A stretch of 64,000 bases of DNA from Octopus sinensis (Eukaryota). The notes below the pieces were generated by a model. That model was given only the letters and a program-made list of their open reading frames with translations, was not told where the DNA came from and did no database searches. Shown here piece by piece: positions 11,788 through 24,672 of the stretch. Every line of letters begins with the position of its first letter. Positions within the stretch are counted from its first letter, which is position 1. The stretch lies in contig NC_043016.1 in assembly GCF_006345805.1 (NCBI RefSeq), positions 4,464,001-4,528,000 on the forward strand, given 5' to 3'. The position numbers and the translations under genes were made by a program.

Positions 11788-12320
11788 TCAGTACATGCCA
11801 TCAGAGTGACACTGGGGTAAAATATACGAAGCCCAATATACCCATCATGACTACCCGTCTGATAAAGGTACACCAGGCACATGCATCACAACCATATGTG
11901 CGCGACATGGTGATTTCATATCGAGATAACCAGCACATGACCTTGCAGGTGGGGCCCAGTTAGAATTTTCTTCTGATCGAATAGCCCATCCCGCTCAAAA
12001 GGTCCCTGAATAAGGGTTGTTTAAGGATGTTGAAAGAACCACCCATGTTTCCAAAGGTAAATTATTCAAACCCCAAAGAATCCCTCTCAACATATGGCTA
12101 TGATGCTCCCCCACTACTTCTGCTCGTGATCAGAGAGGCACATATCGTCAGCCACTAAGGGACATGCTCAACTGGTTAAGGTCAAACAACTGACAAGCAA
12201 ATCTGTGGTATTGAGCAGAATATTTGCTGTAGCCCATCTTTTATACCAAGACAAAACAATGTACATGATAACAATTCGAATCAGAAGCCTCGAGAGCAAC
12301 TACTTGTACTGCATCAAGGC
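11788..12320 (-). mobile_element. Family X SINE-like element, bounded by (ATC)n and (ATT)n
   Basis: Reverse-complement homology to 2439-2992 along its whole length. Confidence 0.85.
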
Positions 12321-12779
12321 ATTTATTATTATTATTGTTGTTGTTGTTTTTCTTGTTCAGCATCTGCTAGTTTCAGGCAAATTTCTACACCATCACATGT
12401 TACAACTCCGCGTTTCTGGAGTGTGTGCACCATTGTTTGTGTGTCTTTTTGTTGTTGAGGGAGTGCAATCTCTTGCATTGCGTCAGTTTCACTTGTTATG
12501 GTGTCTGGTGCAATGTCTCGTTAGTGTCTGTACTGCGTGTTGCGTGTTTAATACATTGGGTATTTAGCTTGCTGGTGGTTGTTTGTTTCATTGGATATTT
12601 GCTATATAGAGTGTGTCTCGTGTTTGTGGATTGTTTTGATTAGGTTGTAATATTGAATTGATAGTGCCATGCGTAGGATGTGGGCTGTTCCTAGCAGGGA
12701 CAGAGTCAAGACTATTGAAAAGGTTGCAAGACGCAACGAAAATTTTAGGAAAATGAAAATAAGAAATAAGTGGAAATTT

Positions 12780-14050
12780 TACCGGTGAGATTAAATTCTT
12801 CGAATGTGCAAATATGAACTTGGACTAGCTGCGTCGGGTTATCCAGATAGTATCAAGATAGAGTATTCTGTAGAATTGTAAAGAGTGACACATAAGTAAT
12901 CTTCAGTTTAAAATCGTCGGCTATACAGATCACAGAGTCAATAATCAATCAGTAGGGAAGGAGGCCCTTTCTTAGGCACGATGTCATGAGGCACTGTTCG
13001 GACGGACCTACTTAATTTGTGAAGTCTGGTTTTGTCCAGATCTTCAACTAGGGAGGGACTGGAACGAAGTTATGAACAGGGTGGCTAATCTCGCCTAGAA
13101 AGGAAATAAAGTTTTTTTTTTTTTTGAAAGGTCGGGAGGAAGGGCGAATGCTTACATTGCCTCCATCATATAGCAGCACCTAAGCATCATGTCTTACCTT
13201 AGTTCACGCCTCACAGAAATAGAACGCCAGCTCTTCCGCTTTTGGTAAAGGGGACGGGTCCCATTGGTCAGGCGCTAAATTTGCTTTCAGTGGCCGCTGT
13301 TTAGAGGACATGATATGCCATGGCTGATAACATGCCGACATGCACTGAGGCTGCGACATCTCTAGGTGATGACGTGAGCATCTACAGTCGCTGTGTCAGT
13401 TGACCTTTTCCACATCACATCAATTTGATAGACCTGTAGTCTGGATCATGCGCTGAGACGTCATTTCCAGCGTTTCTTTAACGATGAACACGTGTGATCG
13501 CTGTTTGTCAGAATCGCTTCCCCGCAAGTTCGTCACTTTCACAAAGACTTGGATCTAACACAGACCGAAGGAAGACGCTTAGCACCTAATTAATGTCTGG
13601 CTTTCATAGCCCACTGCCAGTCGAACAATTCGATTCACTAGATGTTCCACCATGGCGTTCTTTAGAGGATTAATGGTGGATAAGAGTAACGATGTTCCCG
13701 AGAAAACTTTGAGCGCCGATGAAAATCAACTGATTTGTCTTCTCCGGAATACTTTCGGTTCGAGGACAATGGATTGTTTCCAGCAATCTTTTAACTAGCA
13801 GTCCTATTAAAGGTATTGCTGGATCAGAATAAACTCTGAAGGCATGGTTGTGCCATCATCAGCGCCTTCCCGACATGCGCTCAGAATAATGAAACCATCC
13901 TATTCGCACTCGTACAGTGCTTGAACATTGCTAATTTGAGGAGTTATGTTGAAAAGCTATTATAACATGTTTGACGGATTTGGCTATCGGCTGACTTCAC
14001 CATGAATATCGCCCCACTATCTTCCTTTGACCGGGTGAGCAAGTAGTTTT
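12780..14050 (+). mobile_element. L1/Tx1-type LINE remnant, internally deleted (end of APE joined to the post-RT region)
   Basis: 12833-12930 aligns with 36705-36810. 13080-13280 aligns with 38397-38590 (gaaaggtcggg...gcgaatgc). Confidence 0.7.
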
Positions 14051-14229
14051 CCTCTCATCGGGAGGTATGACGAAAAAGGTTATGTGCTGGTCGAGACTGA
14101 AAGAACTAATTAACAGTTTCCTTTTTGTCCAAGCCCTCATCATCATCAATGTTTCATTATTTGCTGCGAACATAGTCTTGAAGACGCTGCTCGAGTTTCA
14201 TTTATAATTGTTGTCTTCCATTATTGTTC

Positions 14230-16830
14230 TATGTGTAGTTTTTGTTCTAATTTGTTAATAAGAACACCAAAAATCTCTTGGCTGGTGCTCAGTGGTTGTT
14301 TTTGCTCCGTTAGGCGCAATATTTTGCTTCCACAAAAACGCTCGATTGGCGTTTTAAATAAAAATCGACCTGTAAATAAACAATCAAAAAGAAAACTCTT
14401 TCCCATCAGCCCTCTTACAGATGAAGACTTTCCTCCACATTCCTCTCTTTCTGCCCTGACAAATGTTAGACGACCAGTGAGGGTGTTGGTAGAAACAACA
14501 GTAACAATAACATTGTCGAAAGTAATGTATGTGAAGGGGAGGAGACAACGAATTGATTTCCTCTCCTGTCTCGACAGCATGCCGCACCTTTCAGCCTGGT
14601 ATGCAGAGTTCAACGAAATTCCGATAACAGTCGAAGACATACGGGGGGCGATGACGGATTGCACAAGGGAGAAGTCTCTGGCCTGTTATTTTGAGCTTTA
14701 TCCTCATATGCAAGACCTGTTCCGGGATCTCTTCTTGGCGGATGTCTACCTCGACTGACAGCAGAAAAAGAGTATCCCCAGTGCTGTGAGCCGTGATCTA
14801 GAGATGCTGAGAAAAGACCCGAACAGAGGTGGAAGGATAGATAATTTTAGGCTCGCAACTCTGCTGAACGCAGGCTACAAGATTTTGGCCAAGGTGTTAG
14901 CCAAGAGATTGGTGCTTGCTGTCGATAAGCTGGTTAGTAACGCGCAGACATGTGCTATCCCAAACAGATCTATACACGACGACCTCCACCTCACTCACTA
15001 CGTCAAAGAGAGGAAAGGGAGGGATCTAGTATGGGAGGATCCCTGATCAATTTGGATCAATCAGGAGCTTTTGATAGGGTCGTAGTGGTCCGTTTCTGTC
15101 CCGTTTTCAGAGGCTGGTTCGCTGCAATACACAACATCTGTTCAGTAATCAATGTAAATGGTTACCTATCGGAGTAAATGGTTACCTATCATCGCGCATT
15201 CAGTCAGTCAAGAATGCGCACTCTCACCCCTTCTGCACGCGCTGGCTCTCGAGCCCTTGCTAAGAAAGTTAGATGTTTCGAAGGGTATACTGCATGAACT
15301 AGGATGAGGAAGGTTTGTGTCGGCTGATGTGGACGATATCGCCATAATGCTGTCAAATATCTCGGAAATCGAGATGATCGGCACCACCCTAAAGGAATCC
15401 GAAGCGGTGACAGGTGTAAAGATTAACCAGGAAAATACAGCAGGTTTGCAGCTCGACACCTGGAGAGACAGGTCCATGTTCCCTGACAGCATCGTAAGGC
15501 GCTGATCGGATGGACTGGTTTAAATTCCAGGGGCCTGGTTTAGCCCGGACCTCCAGGTGGACGAGCAGGGTGGTCAGTCTCACCCAGTAATGGGCAGAAA
15601 GAAAGCAGTTCCTGAAGAGTTGGGCGCAGGTGTCGAATGCGTACGCCTGATCGTCGTCCCTTGCCCTGCTTCCTGACTGATCAAGTCGGAGCGCTTTCTC
15701 TTCCGTTTTCTGCGGAAGGGACATGTTCTGCTCGTGGAGGGCTGGTCATGCTATAGCTAATGATGCGAAGGCATGTTCTGAGGCTCTGCCATCTCCAGCG
15801 TTTTCTTAACAGTGAGCAGGTGTGCTCGCCATTTGTCAGACAGAATTTTCTGCAGCTTTACTTATTGACGGAGCCACAGTCCTGGATCAAGCATAGACCA
15901 AGAAAGAGCACTTGACTCCTGGGGTTTCGGCAAGCACTCGCAGACCCCTGCCAGTCGGGCAATGAGGTCGGTGGTAATTCCACATTGGAATATTGTAGGG
16001 AATTAGTGGCGGGAAAGAGCGACGACGTCCTCAGGGTAACGTCGAGAGGGATCAACTAGCTTGTCTTTTCCAGAGAACTTTCGGGACAGAGCTAATGGAT
16101 AATTTCCAGAAACCTGGCCTGGCAGTGTTACCGTGGTAATCTGCCGGTTTGAGACAACTTCCGCAAACACGGAAGTGCTGTGAGATAGACCTGTCCGAAA
16201 TGTGAACAGAACAATGAAATCGTATTGCTCTCTTGTGGAGCTGCTTTGACGTATGTAAGACTGCTCGGTTATCAGCCGAGTCCATCGGTTATTAGCATCG
16301 TCCCGCCGCCTTCTTTTAGTCGGAAAGGGGGCGGGGCAGTTTTTCTCGTTCGGTTGCTGGCTATGACGAAAGAGGTAGTGTGGTGGACGAGGCTGAAAGC
16401 ACTGAAGATACTTTCCTCTTCGGCCAAGCTCCCGCCGACTTTTTCAAATTCCACTTGAAAAGGAAAGTGAGGGTGGTCATGGAAATGCTGTCCTCCAGTA
16501 TTTTTCTTGAAAGGTTGGTGAATGCAGCGAAAATGGCTCGTGTGAATGGTTCTATTCTGAAGGTACGCTTGTAAGGCAGATGTGTTGAAAAGGTAAGAGG
16601 TACCTGCTAAGGTGCCCTTCGTGGTAGGCTTACCATGATATGTGGAGATCTTTGGCTGACCCTGGGCGGAACCCCTAACACCAATTTTGGGGAATTCTAA
16701 TTTCTAAATTTGGTTGTTAATTGTTCTTGTTTTTATTGTATATACGTACTTTTGTACTAAACCCCACACATTTTTGTACTGTTCCTCTTTGCTTCGTATT
16801 CGGTTCAAGTAGCCAATAAAGAAAAAAATA
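14230..16830 (+). mobile_element. L1/Tx1-type LINE, decayed RT and 3' end
   Basis: Peptides LLNAGYKILAKVLAKRL, TCAIPNRSIHDDL, LINLDQSGAFDRV and ADVDD. 3' end aataaagaaaaaaa followed by (GTT)n. Confidence 0.88.
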
Positions 16831-17243
16831 ATGTTGTTGTTGTCGTCGTTGTTGTTGTTGTTGTTGTTGTTGCTGCTGCTGTTATCGTTGTTGTTAATTC
16901 ATTCCTTCGTCGGTGGATTGAAAGAACTTAGAGTCGCACGAACATTTTTGTGATATTTCCCCTGCCCTTTACTTTCTTAAGATCAAATCATAAACGTTCC
17001 TTCAGGGTGATAAAAAAAAAAGGTACTATTTTATGGTAGGAAGTAACACCTTTGCTTAAACTGGCCTTGTACAACACATTCCACATTACTATTACCAAAT
17101 TCTATCATCTCATGCCCCTCCCGTTCCAACTGTAGATTCATACAAGTCTACGTACGTCCTGGATTGATAATTAATACATCTCCAAGTAGCTAACTAGACT
17201 TCAAAAGATGTGCATTCGTGTATACACACAGACACACACACAG

Positions 17244-17274
<31 letters not shown>

Positions 17275-17739
17275 TATACATGCACGCACACACACACATA
17301 TATATAAATGTTTTTTCTTGCGTGTGATGCGATGCAATTGAAAATATCTCTTATATATATTTATGGGGTTGCAGTTGTACAGGTGACGCTTTCTGAGATC
17401 TAATTCTCGGTAAAATATTAGATTTAGCAGACTGAAATTATGAAGACAAATAAAACGATCAACCCACCACATATAATACTTTCATACCTTCCATGCAAGT
17501 ATTTGATATTTACATGCGAGTTTATAGGAAATTTACCGTAAAACTCACCATCTGAAGGAACCAAAGTTGGGATTGTATATAGAGAAATTCGGTATCTGCC
17601 TGGATATTATATCCCTCCTTTTACTACACACACACACACACACACACACGTATGTAACTCAGTCCTATATTTAAGAGATGAGGAATTATGTACATTATTT
17701 ACATTTGATGGGATCTTTGTCCTCATCTTGTTTGTTGTT

Positions 17740-17784
17740 AACACAACATTTCGGCTGATATACCCTCCAGCCTTCATCAGGTGT
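17740..17784 (-). ncRNA. Minimal type I hammerhead ribozyme
   Basis: Minus strand reads acac-CTGATGA-A-GGCTG(gagggtatat)CAGCC-GAAA-TGTT-gtgt. Core intact, 5-bp stem II, 4-bp stem I, GUU cleavage triplet. Confidence 0.8.
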
Positions 17785-17844
17785 CTTGGGGAAATTTCAA
17801 ACCTGGGTTCTCATTCCTAAGGTATTTTTCGATGTTATCGTTAC

Positions 17845-17902
<58 letters not shown>

Positions 17903-17942
17903 ATTGTTGTTGTTATTATTATTATTATTATTAATGTTGTTG

Positions 17943-17976
<34 letters not shown>

Positions 17977-18030
17977 ATTGTTGTTGTTGTTATTATTATT
18001 ATTGTTATTATTATTATTATAATAATAATA

Positions 18031-18088
<58 letters not shown>

Positions 18089-18156
18089 CAACAACAACAA
18101 CAACAACATCGAAAAATACCTTAGGAATGAGAACTCAGGTTCGAAATTTCCCCAAG

Positions 18157-18200
18157 ACACCTGAAGAAGGCTGGAGGGTATATCAGTCGAAATGTTGTGT
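18157..18200 (+). ncRNA. Minimal type I hammerhead ribozyme
   Basis: acac-CTGAAGA-A-GGCTG(gagggtatat)CAGTC-GAAA-TGTT-gtgt. Predicted cleavage after 18196. Confidence 0.8.
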
Positions 18201-20003
18201 TAACAACAAACAAGATGAGGACAAAGATCCGTCAAATGTAAATAATGTAAATAAAATATATAATGTACAGTTTTCAGCTTCGAAATCCCTTTCAAAAATT
18301 CGCAAGATATTGATGAAATCGAGGCTATAGTAGGAGCCACTCGCAAAGCACCCTCCTAAGTTTAATACCTATTTTCTACTTCACATATTCAAGTCACTGT
18401 GTACCCCGAATATATTTGATTGATGTCATAATTCCGTGATCACTTTTATGGCAAGAAGCATGTTCTTAGTTCCTTTCTTCTTCTCAAACTGCTTCTTATA
18501 ATGTTGAAAACAACTTTATTAGAAAATAATAGTAATCAATCCATTCATAATTGTCCTGTAGTTGTTTTTAAAATGTTACACGTATTTTTTTTTTAATTGA
18601 TTGTTTGTTTGTCCCAGAAACGTCGATGTACGGCGTAATATATTTGACTGATAGAATCTCGCTTAAGTAATGTAATACAGCTATAAGATATACTACGGTC
18701 TTCTTCCAAAGAATGTCTAAATTTGTTATCATTGCTCTTTATTTCACCAAAGAATTTCTTTCAAATTGACGTGGTGTGAGGGACTTACTTGTAACCAGCT
18801 TTCACAAGATTATTTCTTTTTACCAACAAGCAAGATATTTCTTATTCTTTAGAAGATTATTCGCTGGCGTTTAGGCTTCGTTTGAGACGTACGGTTTTAG
18901 AATACTTCCACTATGGCTCAGTACACACAGTTGAATTTTATAATATTTAGGGATTCCCCCCTCTACTACTTACTGCAGTTTGTTAATATCTCATTTTCAT
19001 AATTTATTCATTCTTCCTCTCACTGTCCCTCACGAAGTCTAGATTCATTTGTTTTATGAAGGGAATATGTCATTTTGCTAATTTTTGTAGCTGATGCATA
19101 CAGATAAATTTTAATACAAGCGATATCTTGCACAGAACATTAAAAGAAAATATTCTTCATGATAACGTGATTTGTAAGAAGTAAGAGCTAAATTTCCCTC
19201 AAATTGCATGCTACTCTCTTGAAAAAGGAATCATATGATAATATAGTCCTAGATACTCCATGTCAAAAAAAAAAATGTAATAATAACGTCTGAAATATCT
19301 TCGTCCACTTGTCTGCGCTTTCAGAGCTGACATCTAACCTTCTGAAATATTCATTTTGATGACGATACTGTAATTAGGCAGATATAAATGAGTCGTCAAA
19401 GTTAATCCCTAAACTGTTTGTAAATAATACATTAGGCTTTAAGATATAGTTTTACTATAAAATAAGGGAGTGCGCATATATGTTTGATAAAAGAGCTCGA
19501 CTGAATATCATGTGTTTTGTAAGTATCGGGTTTGAAATGTAAAGCGTTTTCGAAAGCTCTCTTATGGAAGATTCACGTTCTGTAATTTACTCAATTATTT
19601 CCCACTCGTTTTATGACGCGCTATCTAAGAACAGGTATCACATTATAGAACATGGGGAACTCTATGTAAGAACCTTCATATGACATTGAATTATTACTAC
19701 TTTGTAGTATTTCTAGCTAGGTAGACTGCTATGTTCATAGTTGCGTATGTTAGACATGGGCATAATACAGTGATCAGTACCGTCTTGTGATATCGAGTTA
19801 GAACAAGGCATACTGGGCAACATAGAGTCGGGATATCAGTCATAGTTACAGTACCATGGAATATGTTATACTGTTAGCATTCTTGTCTACTGCAAGATAG
19901 TGAGACCTATTAACAATTAGGTATTTGAATGATTAGTACTGTGTACTAATCGACATTGTGACACCTATTCACAGATGAACTGAACTGTTGATAGCTAAAA
20001 CTG

Positions 20004-20285
20004 GTACTCCGTCGGTATGACGACGAGTGTTCGAGATGCACGTGAAATTAACGTGCAAGTGGCTGAGCTGTCCGCAGACACTCGTAACCTTGACGCAGTT
20101 CTCAGGGAGTTTCAACGTGACACAGAATGGGATAAATCTGGCCCTTTAAAATATAGGTACTATTCGTTTTTGCCAGCAAAGTGGACTGGAGCAACGTGAA
20201 ATATAGCGTCTTTCTCAAGGACACAAATCGTTGCCGGATATCAAACTCACGACCTGACAACTCTAACCATTAAACCATGCGCCTT
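20004..20285 (-). mobile_element. Family C SINE
   Basis: Homologous to 10813-11124 (actccgtcgg, gaaattaacgtgcaag, ggagcaacgtga). Confidence 0.75.
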
Positions 20286-20859
20286 CACTCTTGACAAGTG
20301 AACCATATCGCAATGGTAGCTGTCTTGATGACATGATATAATGAATCGTACCTTGGTAATCTGAGGAAAGTGCACACTGTTGCAACCTCCTACTATAAAC
20401 ACCTTACAGTTTAGTCGGTTGGTTTTCTTACACCATTTATTCGGCTATATACACTTTCTTTATCTGCCTCCAAATATGTCTCTTTATCTTATATTTCTGT
20501 CTCCTGCTCTCTTTCTCTGAAACTATACTTAAAGGTTATTGAAAAAGGAGATGAATCTCACCGCCAATCCACGACTTATATCCATATAACGGGCAAACTA
20601 TGTGCTGGTATGCTAGGACAATGCATACGTAAGGATAAATTGAAATATGAAATAGAAGCAGCGCTAGTGTAATAAACATTATCCACCACATATACGTAAC
20701 GTAACCGTACAGCGTTTTTGCCGGTAGGCTGCCAACTAGCGTGGTGGAAAACACTCTCCCAAAACACCGAGTGGTGTTTCCTGGTATGTCTTTCCCGAAA
20801 CATAGTCAACAAATGCCGGTGTTAGTAGATAAATAGCGAATACATTTACATCGAGAAAT

Positions 20860-21180
20860 GTCCCGGCGACAACAGGATCAAAGAGAAAGAAAAAGAAAAA
20901 TTGAAGAATTATGACGATTTGAAGTGGGAAATATGAAGGTCGTGGTCAATGAAGAGAGGAGACGTGACACCAGTCGTATTTGGCGCACTTAGAAGTATAA
21001 GCACCCAACTACCAACGTGGCTCAAAATGATTGGTATAATTGTAATGGTAGAACGCCTACAAAGATCATCCTTGCTTGGAATTGCAAGAGTTCTTCGCAG
21101 AGTGTCACCTTAGTCTTCTGGTTGTGGTCAGCTGACACTTTCCATCATACCCCAGAAAATAAGCTGTGAGTTTGCACCAA
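20860..21180 (+). mobile_element. R4/Dong 3' fragment (RLE end plus 3' UTR) with (AAT)n tail
   Basis: Translates CPGDNRIKEKEKEKLKNYDDLKWEI*RSW...PVVFGAL and ends at caccaaataataa. Confidence 0.8.
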
Positions 21181-21374
21181 ATAATAATAATAATTATTGT
21201 TGTTGTTGCTATTGTTTTCGTCGTCATCGTTGTTGTTGTTGTTGTTGTTGTTGTTGTTACAGCAATAATAATTACAGATAACGAAAAACGAAGTTGCTTT
21301 CTTATCGCCCCATCATGCCCGTTAAATTCTAGGATCGAAAAGAAAGAGGACGAAGATACACACACACACACACA

Positions 21375-21405
<31 letters not shown>

Positions 21406-21434
21406 ATACAATCCCTTTAAATTTGAAATAAGAA

Positions 21435-21700
21435 GAATTTGGAGTATGAGAACTAATGATCATGCATATAAATATTGGTGCGTTTGGAACAATAAGCAAA
21501 CATGGCTGAAAAAAATTAGAATAGAATAGGAAGTAGAGTTCCTACAGAAAGTTTGTCTCTTAAGGACAGCCAGGATCATCAGGAGGTTCTAAGCACTTGA
21601 AAGACTACTGAAAACTTGTGGATACCTAAGATTACAGGTAGTAACCCGCTATCCACATAAATTCTACCAGGGATAAGATCGAACTTTGCTCAAACCAAAT
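21435..21700 (+). mobile_element. R4/Dong 3' fragment of another subfamily with (AAT)n tail
   Basis: ggaggttctaagcacttgaaagactactgaaa is shared, as reverse complement, with 47765-48480. Confidence 0.75.
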
Positions 21701-21722
21701 AATAATAATAATAATAATAATA

Positions 21723-21781
<59 letters not shown>

Positions 21782-21918
21782 GAAGAAGAAGAAGAAGAAG
21801 AAGAAGACGAAGAAGAAGAAGAAGAGAAGAGAAGAAGAAGAAGAAGAAGAAGAAGAAGAAGAAGAAGAAGAAGAAGAAGAAGAAGATGAAGAAGAAGAAG
21901 AAGAAGAAGAAGAAGATG

Positions 21919-21947
<29 letters not shown>

Positions 21948-21949
<2 letters not shown>

Positions 21950-24018
21950 GCAATAATATCGCAGAGAATGAGCAAACAGCTGGAAGAAAACGGCTCGTTT
22001 CCAGAAGAGCAGAAGAGATGCTGCAAGGGTTCATTTGGCGGTAAAAATCAGTTATTCATCAATAAAAGCCATAACTGAAGACAGCCGAAAGAAAAAGAGG
22101 AGTCTAAGCATGGCTTGAATCAATTTTGACAGTATTCCCCTCACATGTATCCTGGAAACACTAGCCATGAACAAAGTAGCACCAATAATAATAAAGTATA
22201 TAAAACATTCCATGAGTAAACGGCAAACAGTACTGTAGCTCCAGACTCATAAAAACTAAAGCCATCCCCATTAGAAGAGTAATATTCCAAGGAAGTTCAC
22301 TTTCTCCACTCCTTTTCTGCTTGGCATTGACGCCTTTAACTGACATATAAAACAAAATTGGATGTGGATACAACTGCTACAGTAAAACAATCAACCATCT
22401 CTTGCATATGGATGATCTAAAACTGTATGCTGTAAATAACAAACAACTGGAAACCTTTCTACAGACAGTACATGGATTTGCCAAAGAAATAAACACGAAA
22501 TTCGGCTTTGAAAAATGTGCCAAAGCAACCTTGAAAAGAAGAAAACTAGTTAAGAGTAGCAACTTCACACTAGATAAAGTAAATGAAATAAGAGAATTAG
22601 ACCAAAGCCAAACATACAAATATTCAGGAATCAATGAACTAAATACGGTACAACGCACACAAATGAAAGACAAGATAAGGAAGGAATACTATAGACATGT
22701 TAGATTAATACTTAAAACAGAGCTCAATGCAAAAAAATAAAAAAGATAATAGGTATCAACACTCTAACCGTGCCGACTACAATATTCTTAATTGGACTCT
22801 GAATGAACTAAGAAAACTAGACAGGAAAACCAGAAAAATAATGACAGAATTTAGGATGCACCACCCAAAATCTGACAGAAAGATTATATATAAAACGAAT
22901 TGAGGGTGGTAGAGACCTTAAACAACTAGAAAACTATTAAAAAATAACCACCATAGAGCTACAGAAATACTTAATTCAGAAGCAAAGACTGACACAAATA
23001 GCTACAAAATACGAGCAAAGCAAAAATATTACTTTCTGTCCTTAAAGAAGCTGTAAAGAAAGAAGTCATGGTACCTAACAACTATGAAGAAAAAGAGGAA
23101 ACACCAAAAACTGTAAAACAACTGTAAAACAACTGAAATCCAAACTAAAACTGGGACAACAAAGTATCATGATAAAATGTTGGCAAGAAAAGCCCTTACA
23201 TGGTAAATATTGGGATAAGCTAAACAGAAAAGAAATAGACTAATGTAAAATCCCAACAATGGCTGAGAAGCTCAGGACTCAAAGCAGAGGCTGGGGGATT
23301 TTAATCGCAGCACAAGATCAAAGCCTCCCAACAAGAAACATAACGAATAAAAATACAATAAGTACCTGCAGAATATGTGGCGATGGAGAAGTACCTATAA
23401 ATCATATTGTCTCTGGCTGCCCAGTTCTGGCTAAGAATGAATATATCCACAGATATGACAGCGTTGAGACCTATATACACTGGAAGCTATACCAATGCTA
23501 TGGAATGACAACAGAAAAAAGATGGTGTAGGGACACCACAGAAGAGGCCTCAGAAAATGACAATGCAACCATACTCTGGGAAATACCGATACACGCAGAC
23601 AGAAAAATTAAGGCTAACAGACCGGATATAGTTGTCAGAGATCACCAAGGATAAAAAATGCATACTAAACGATGTATTAATACCGACAAATGACAATGTA
23701 TCTCTAAAAGAAATGGAGAAATTCACAGAATTCAAAGATCTGGAAATAGAAATAACTCGAATGTGGACCATCAAAACAGAAACAGTCCCTATAATAATAG
23801 GTGCATTAGGTAGTATTAAGAAAAAACATTCAGACAAATATATAACCAAAACACTTGGACTTACGAATGTATATAACATAGAGAAAATAGTGCTGTTGCC
23901 ACTGCGCATATCCTCCGTAAATTTTCAAGTGAAAATGAGAGCACCATAACAAACCACAGCACAAACCCAAGGCACACAGAGCTGCACTTGGCAATGCAGT
24001 GAACGCATGTGATAAAAA
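21948..24018 (+). mobile_element. R4/Dong LINE, 5'-truncated (RT, CCHC, RLE, 3' UTR)
   Basis: Peptides HMDDLKLYA..KFGFEKCAK, TCRICGDGEVPINHIVSGCP, NRPDIVV and FKDLEIEITRMW. Same subfamily as 42081-46314. Starts after (AAG)n. Confidence 0.92.
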
Positions 24019-24025
24019 TAAGTCT

Positions 24026-24208
24026 TTTTCTTTTCTTTTTTTTTTTCTTTTACCTGTTTCAGTCATTTGACTGCGGCCATGCTGGAGCACCGCCTTTAGT
24101 CGAGCAAATCGACCCCGGGACTTATTCTTTGTAAGCCCAGTACTTATTCTATCGGTCTCTTTTTGTCGAACCGCTAAGTGACGGGGATGTAAACACACCA
24201 GCACACAA

Positions 24209-24268
<60 letters not shown>

Positions 24269-24430
24269 GACAGGCTTCTTTCAGTTCCGTCTACCAAATC
24301 CACTCACAAGGCATTGGTCGGCCCGGGGCTATAGCAGAAGACACTTGCCCAAGATGCCACGCAGTGGGACTGAACCCGGAACCATGTGGTTGGTTAGCAA
24401 GCTACTTACCACACAGCCACTCCTGCGCCT
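24026..24430 (-). mobile_element. Family B SINE, full length, young
   Basis: Complete head aggcgcaggagtggctgtgtgg, B-box ggttcagtccc, internal (TA)n/(TG)n and tail. Candidate TSD taagtct at 24019-24025 and 24430-24436. Confidence 0.9.
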
Positions 24431-24457
24431 AAGTCTATTGAATAACAATGATAATAA

Positions 24458-24672
24458 TCCTTTCTACTATCGGCACAAGGCCTGAAATCGTTGGGGTGGA
24501 TATAGTCGATTGCATCAACCACCAGTGTTTCACTGGTACTTAATTTATCGACCCTGAAAGGATAAAAGGCAAAGTAAATCTCAACAGAATTTGAACTCAG
24601 AACGTCAAGGCGGATGAAATTTCTATAAGCATTTCGCCCGGCATGCTAACGATTCTGCCAGATCGCCGCCTT
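24458..24672 (-). mobile_element. Family A SINE
   Basis: Reverse complement of the family A head and core, with the ggccttgtgcc...agtagaaaggattatt tail. Confidence 0.82.

Larger units (their letters stand above)
17689..18269. mobile_element. Inverted pair of hammerhead-bearing Penelope-like terminal repeats around (ATT)n/(AAT)n
   Basis: 17689-17836 is the reverse complement of 18104-18269 with few mismatches. The spacer is itself inverted microsatellite. Confidence 0.8.
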
